A DNA stretch of 32,000 nt from Synechocystis sp. PCC 6803 substr. PCC-P (GTDB taxonomy: Bacteria; Cyanobacteriota; Cyanobacteriia; Cyanobacteriales; Microcystaceae). The number at the start of each line of letters is the position of its first letter. Position 1 is the stretch's first letter. The stretch is from assembly GCF_000284455.1 (NCBI RefSeq), contig NC_017039.1, positions 1,050,001-1,082,000 of the forward strand, written 5' to 3'. A program made the position numbers and the translations under genes. Below, in pieces: positions 27,422 to 32,000 of this stretch. The notes beneath the pieces were generated by a model that saw only the letters and a program-made list of their open reading frames with translations, was not told the DNA's origin and searched no databases.

Positions 27422-27667
27422 CTATCCTAGTCTTCCTTCTAAAATGCCAACAACGGATAAGTCTTCGTCTAAGCTTGCCCAATGGAGTCCCGTTCCGCCA
27501 CAAATCAATTTAACCTCCGCTAACTGTTCCGAGCTTGCTTTTGCTAATCGTTTATTTTTGTGAGCAGGAAAACGAATCTCCCGTTCATCCTGTAGGCGAA
27601 CACAAATCCATCGATCTTCAACCCATACCCTCTCGGCTTGAATAGTTTGTTCAGATGCCAAAAACAT
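27422..27667 (-). CDS. DUF2442-like small protein (81 aa)
   Basis: VWVEDRWICVRLQDEREIRFPAHKNKRLAKASSEQLAEVKLICGGTGLHWASLDEDLSVVGILEGRLG; matches DUF2442 pattern (REI.FP...RL..AS.EQL......GTGLHWP.LDEDLSV.GLL.G). Confidence 0.8.
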   Translation of the reverse strand: MFLASEQTIQAERVWVEDRWICVRLQDEREIRFPAHKNKRLAKASSEQLAEVKLICGGTGLHWASLDEDLSVVGILEGRLG

Positions 27668-27994
27668 TGTGCCACTTGCTCCTGATCAAATCTAGATTAT
27701 CAACAATTAATTTTTCTGCTCTAACAATTTGTTTTGTTTTTAGGCTTTTAGCATAATCCAGCTCAACGGGTTCGATCTAAAACTTGGCATACCCACCTCC
27801 GTGCCTAACATGGACATGCATTGGCTCCTGGCCTTCGTTGGCATAAAAAAAGAAGACATATCCCTCTGCTCTGAAGATTTATGGCATTGAACCTGTCGGG
27901 GAGGCGTTTCTAGGCGTCACCCACTGCCCTCATTTTATGCTGTCCTTGGTAGGTTTCAAGGCTCCCAAATATCTTCTAAGATGAAAATACTTTT

Positions 27995-28867
27995 TTGCCA
28001 GGAAAACCCATGCTGACTGTCCACCGTGATGCCCGGGATTACCAGATTATTTTTCTCTGTAGCTTTTTGAGTTTGGGGATATTGGCCCGGGACTGGAGTT
28101 TAAGCCCCCTGGTGATCGCCGTTGTTTTGGCCACTGCCCTGACAGTGCAATCCTTATTCACCATTAATCAACAGGGCAATTTTAGTCGGTGGTTTTCCCT
28201 CGATACCTGGCAGAGTTTATGGAGACATCAAGGTTGGAAAAGTGCTTTGATTACTGGCTTAGGTCTTTGTCTATTACTCCGAGCCAACCATTTATCCACT
28301 TTGATATTGGCGGCTAGTTTGGCGATCGCCAGCAAATTTTTGTTGCAAGCCTGGGGTAAACATTGGTTTAATCCGGCTAACTTCGGCATTATTGCCGCTC
28401 TGACTTTAACGGGGGATGCGTGGGTTTCCCCTGGACAATGGGGCACGACTCTCTGGTTGGGAGCAGTTTTCCTGGCTGCGGGGGGTTTGGTGTTGGGTAA
28501 AGTGGGACGATGGGACACATCAATAATGTTTTTGGCGGTTTATGCCGGGTTGGATTTAGCCCGCAACGCTTGGTTAGGTTGGCCGCCGGAAGTTAGTTTC
28601 CATCATTTGGAAAATGGCAGTTTACTGGTGTTTGCCCTGTTTATGCTCACCGATCCCCGCTCCATTCCCAATGCCCGCTCTAGTCGTTTAATCTGGGCTA
28701 CGGCGATCGCCATTTTTAGCCTAATTTTGCAATATCACTTCTACTTGCCCACTGCTTTGTTCTGGGCCTTGTTTTGTCTTTCGCCCCTGACCGTATTGCT
28801 AGACCGTCAGTTTCCCGCCCCTCGTTTTCAATGGTGGCAGAAGAAGAACCCTGTACCGTCAAATTAA
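27995..28867 (+). CDS. RnfD/NqrB-like membrane protein (290 aa; ATG 28010 is an alternative start)
   Basis: Multiple TM segments; NPANFGIIAALTLTGDAWVSPGQWG...LVLGKVGRWDTSIMFLAVYAGLDLARNAWLGWP...SLLVFALFMLTDPRSIPNARSSRL. Confidence 0.82.
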   Translation: MPGKPMLTVHRDARDYQIIFLCSFLSLGILARDWSLSPLVIAVVLATALTVQSLFTINQQGNFSRWFSLDTWQSLWRHQGWKSALITGLGLCLLLRANHLSTLILAASLAIASKFLLQAWGKHWFNPANFGIIAALTLTGDAWVSPGQWGTTLWLGAVFLAAGGLVLGKVGRWDTSIMFLAVYAGLDLARNAWLGWPPEVSFHHLENGSLLVFALFMLTDPRSIPNARSSRLIWATAIAIFSLILQYHFYLPTALFWALFCLSPLTVLLDRQFPAPRFQWWQKKNPVPSN

Positions 28868-28911
28868 GCTAGGATGTGCCATCGGCTGGATAACTTGCTT
28901 CCTTTCCCCCA

Positions 28912-30756
28912 ATGACCCCATCCTTGTCCCTGGGCCAACGCCTCGATGACCGTTACCTGATTCAACTGCATTTAGGACAAAATTCCCTGGGTCAGCAGTA
29001 TCTGGCCCAAGATACCCACCGCTTTGATGAACCCTGCACCATCACGGTTTTAACTGCGCCCCCCGGGGACAAAGCCGGCAATTTGTTTAAGCAACAGGCG
29101 GAAATACTCTACGCCCTCGACCATCCCCAAATTGCTAATTTCCGGGAGTTTTTTGCCCTGGGGTCAGAGCTTTATCTAGTACAGGATTTTATCGAAGGAC
29201 AATCCTATTTCGATTTGCTCAAAGACCGCCGCCTTCAGGGGAAAGCTTTTACGGAATTGGAAGTACGCCAATGGTGCCGTCAACTGCTACCGGTTTTACA
29301 CTATCTCCACATCCAGAAAATTTGCCATGGCCAGATTAGCCCCAGTAGTATAATGCGCCGTACAGTGGATGGGCTGCCAGTGTTGGTAGATTTTACTCAT
29401 AGTCAATATTATTCCGGTACTCCAGGGGAAGACCGACGAGATTTACATGGTCTAGGCCTGGGGGCGATCGCCTTGCTGACGGGGGAAGTTAACCCTAACC
29501 CACCTTGGGAAAACCTGTTGTCCTCCGTTGCCCTCAGTCAGGAATTTCGCCAGTTATTGCTGAAATTACTAGCTTGGCCGCCCCTGGTGGATTGGCCTAC
29601 TTTGACGGACAATCTGAACAACTTGCCCCAGCATTTTTTGCCTACAGTGGCTGAGTTTAACCTGACGTCCACCATACCAGAGCAAACTGATAATGGCGTT
29701 GGTAAATCTAGCACCGGGGAACCCCCTTTCCCCACAGTCCATCAGTCTCCTGAATCTTCTTCTTCCGCAAAAGTAAAAAATATGGTCCGAGTCGATGGGT
29801 TAAAGGGGCTAGTCAAAAAATCATTCATCTTACTGGGCTTGATGGCGATCGCCATGGCCCTAGGCTGGGGAGCAGGGCAGTTATGGCTAGATAATCAACA
29901 ACGGGCGGCGTTGGAGAAATTGGCACAGGAAGAACCGGGGGATGATGTGCCGGAAAAAACCGATTTGGAGATTAAAAATGAAATTCGGGCCCGCCGACTA
30001 AATTTAGGCATTTCTCCCCAACGATTTCAGACCTTGATGGACGATGGTTTAGCTTTTCAGTTGGGTATTGACCCCCAGCAAAGGTTGGAAAAGAACCCCA
30101 ATACCAATGGTGCCCCTCTGAGCCTCGGCTCCCCAGAGCAACAGATGGCCATGACCATCACTGTGTTGGATGCCTTGGAAAGTTTGAGTCGAGAAGCTAC
30201 GAGGGATTTTGCCCAAAACAATTCCGGCGATCGCCGCCGCTGGATTCCGAGGGTAAATCAATTGCGCCTCAGCAGTCGTAGTTTTTACGATTTGGTCAAT
30301 GCCCGTTTCCATCACTATTTACCCATGGTCAGCCCTGCTTTATTGGGGGAACCGGAATTTGAGCAACGCCCCCTGGCCCAGGTATGGAATGCCATGGCCT
30401 TTGACAGCTTGGCAAGCCTGGAGGATGAAAGCCATTACCAAAGACTGAGTTTTGACGATACCAATCAGCTCAACCTCAATGGCACCCTGGAGCCAGGAGA
30501 AGGCTATGCCTATGCTGTTACCATTCCCCCCACAGAGGAGTTCAGCCTACAATTAACCGCCCCTCCCACCGCTCGAATTTCCTTCTATCCCCCCACCGGG
30601 CCGGAGGTAATTCTGCAAAATTCTGCCATGCACCGCTGGTCTGGCCCCACTGACCAAGCCGGTTATTACGAGTTGGTAATCACATCGGTAGCGGAGGAGC
30701 CGATCGCCTTTGAACTGGAACTCAGTATCATTCCCGCCAGTGCTCAACCATTTTGA
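28912..30756 (+). CDS. spkE: serine/threonine protein kinase-like protein with degenerate catalytic motifs, one TM segment and a C-terminal extracytoplasmic region
   Basis: Kinase fold at N-terminus (GQRLDDRYLIQLHLGQNSLGQQYLAQD...YLVQDFIEGQSYFDLL...HYLHIQKICHGQISPSSIMRR...PVLVDFTHSQY...DLHGLGLGAIALLTG), TM KSFILLGLMAIAMALGWGAGQLWL. Symbol recalled from Synechocystis. Confidence 0.85.
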   Translation: MTPSLSLGQRLDDRYLIQLHLGQNSLGQQYLAQDTHRFDEPCTITVLTAPPGDKAGNLFKQQAEILYALDHPQIANFREFFALGSELYLVQDFIEGQSYFDLLKDRRLQGKAFTELEVRQWCRQLLPVLHYLHIQKICHGQISPSSIMRRTVDGLPVLVDFTHSQYYSGTPGEDRRDLHGLGLGAIALLTGEVNPNPPWENLLSSVALSQEFRQLLLKLLAWPPLVDWPTLTDNLNNLPQHFLPTVAEFNLTSTIPEQTDNGVGKSSTGEPPFPTVHQSPESSSSAKVKNMVRVDGLKGLVKKSFILLGLMAIAMALGWGAGQLWLDNQQRAALEKLAQEEPGDDVPEKTDLEIKNEIRARRLNLGISPQRFQTLMDDGLAFQLGIDPQQRLEKNPNTNGAPLSLGSPEQQMAMTITVLDALESLSREATRDFAQNNSGDRRRWIPRVNQLRLSSRSFYDLVNARFHHYLPMVSPALLGEPEFEQRPLAQVWNAMAFDSLASLEDESHYQRLSFDDTNQLNLNGTLEPGEGYAYAVTIPPTEEFSLQLTAPPTARISFYPPTGPEVILQNSAMHRWSGPTDQAGYYELVITSVAEEPIAFELELSIIPASAQPF

Positions 30757-30949
30757 ACCGATGTGGAATAATCAATTTTCCCTTGGATGCACACAAAATA
30801 TCGCCACAACAGTAAACGACGAATCGGGAGAATTTTCCCCAGAACTTGCCTGTCCAACCAGACTTCTTAACCTATTCATAATCTTGTCAAAGACCCAAAT
30901 TCCTATCCTACGATGGAGACAACGGAGCATTTAGGGTGATTTATTTGAC

Positions 30950-31951
30950 ATGGAAACAACACATAGCTTTGGCGATCGAGCAGTTTTCGCCTTCGGGAAA
31001 CACACTGGAAAAATTTTTAAATATGCCCCTAGGGTTTTAAAAGATCAAGACCCAGAGGATCTGCATCAGTTGCGGGTGGGGGTACGACGGTTAAGAACGG
31101 CGGTCATTGGTTTTATGCCAGCCGTGCAATTACCCCAGGGCATTACGGAAAGAAAAATCGGAAAAATAGGTCAACAGTTGGGAGTGCAACGGGACAATGA
31201 TGTTTTGCAGGAAATTTTGCTCCATAAATATTTACCCCATTTACCAACATCGGAACAAGGTTGTTTGGAAAAAGTTTTAAAACGTTTACAAAAGGAGCGA
31301 AAACAGGCGTTTAAAGCCACCTATAAATTGTTAACCCACGACAAATTTACTCAATTTAAACAGAGCTGGGAAATATGGCTAGAACATCCCCACTTCACTA
31401 GCCTCGGTGGTTTGGCGATCGCCGATGTATTACCTGATTTACTTCTGCCCCAACTGAGCCAATTTTTTCTTCATCCCGGTTGGTTGGTTGGTACAGAAAT
31501 TGACCCCGATACTAACAGTTCAAACCGACAACGTCGCTGTATTGACCTCAGTCCTACCGCCATTGAAACTTTGTTAGACGGGGAAGAATCAATTTTGCAC
31601 GATTTACGTAAAGAAGCAAAACGCACCCGCTACCAAATGGAGCTATTTAGCGATTACTTTGGGGAAGAATATCAACAATTATTAGCCCAGGTAAAAATGA
31701 CCCAAGAAATCCTCGGCAATTTGCAAGATAGCTTCGTTTTGAGGGCCATGGTGGAGCAGTACCTGGATGTAGACCTAAAGCAACTCTGTCCCCAATGGAG
31801 TGCTATTTTCCATGGCGATCGCCTGGGATATTGGGACCAATGGCAACCATTGCAGAGCCAGTTTATCGACCCCGTATATCGTCACCACTGTCGTCAACTG
31901 GTGCAAAATCCCCTTGTAAACAGTGACCAGCCAACTTCTAGCAACCTTTAA
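30950..31951 (+). CDS. CHAD domain protein
   Basis: DLHQLRVGVRRLRTAVIGFMPAV...LTSLGGLAIADVLP...LHDLRKEAKRTRYQMELFSDYFG; paired conserved-His helices of CHAD domain. Confidence 0.9.
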   Translation: METTHSFGDRAVFAFGKHTGKIFKYAPRVLKDQDPEDLHQLRVGVRRLRTAVIGFMPAVQLPQGITERKIGKIGQQLGVQRDNDVLQEILLHKYLPHLPTSEQGCLEKVLKRLQKERKQAFKATYKLLTHDKFTQFKQSWEIWLEHPHFTSLGGLAIADVLPDLLLPQLSQFFLHPGWLVGTEIDPDTNSSNRQRRCIDLSPTAIETLLDGEESILHDLRKEAKRTRYQMELFSDYFGEEYQQLLAQVKMTQEILGNLQDSFVLRAMVEQYLDVDLKQLCPQWSAIFHGDRLGYWDQWQPLQSQFIDPVYRHHCRQLVQNPLVNSDQPTSSNL

Positions 31952-32000
31952 AGTTGGTGCCTGATGGTTTCCCAAACTGACAAAGCAATCATCCTCGCCC

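Noticed and set aside
1-32000. CRISPR arrays, rRNA or tRNA genes
   Set aside because: No regularly spaced repeats, rRNA-like sequence or cloverleaf with a recognisable T-loop noticed on either strand; a tRNAscan/CRT run would be needed to be certain.

Overview
The window is a cyanobacterial chromosomal segment. Gene content and order match what I remember of Synechocystis sp. PCC 6803; this is recall, not a database check. It is mostly housekeeping genes: alpha/beta hydrolase (partial), glutaredoxin, gshB, menB, pntA/pntB, a PmbA/TldE-like protein, a methyltransferase, an aldose-1-epimerase-like protein, ileS, dnaX, a VOC protein, a multi-heme cytochrome-like protein, the Tat-exported Mn cupin mncA, glgP, an RnfD/NqrB-like protein, the kinase-like spkE and a CHAD protein. 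The strongest unusual signal is in dnaX. It carries a 430-aa intein (17589..18878, minus strand) inserted in the Walker B motif (VIDE^C...HN^CHML). The in-frame middle of that intein has no homing-endonuclease motifs. A complete 323-codon ORF (17680..18651, minus) is nested in it in a different reading frame of the same strand. It encodes a two-motif LAGLIDADG-type endonuclease (ILGLIYGTLLGDGSI ... WWYMDDGSL) with two N-terminal CxCGCG...H modules, so this looks like an out-of-frame, overprinted homing endonuclease gene inside an intein. Other points: a small accessory islet (179-aa unknown, MNT-type nucleotidyltransferase, HicA/HicB-like pair) splits pntA from pntB. A coiled-coil/nuclease-like gene is interrupted by one in-frame stop, next to Uma2 and DUF2442-like genes. 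SpkE has degenerate catalytic motifs. There is a 20-bp tandem duplication upstream of a small Cys-rich protein gene, and a G10 tract inside a coding sequence.
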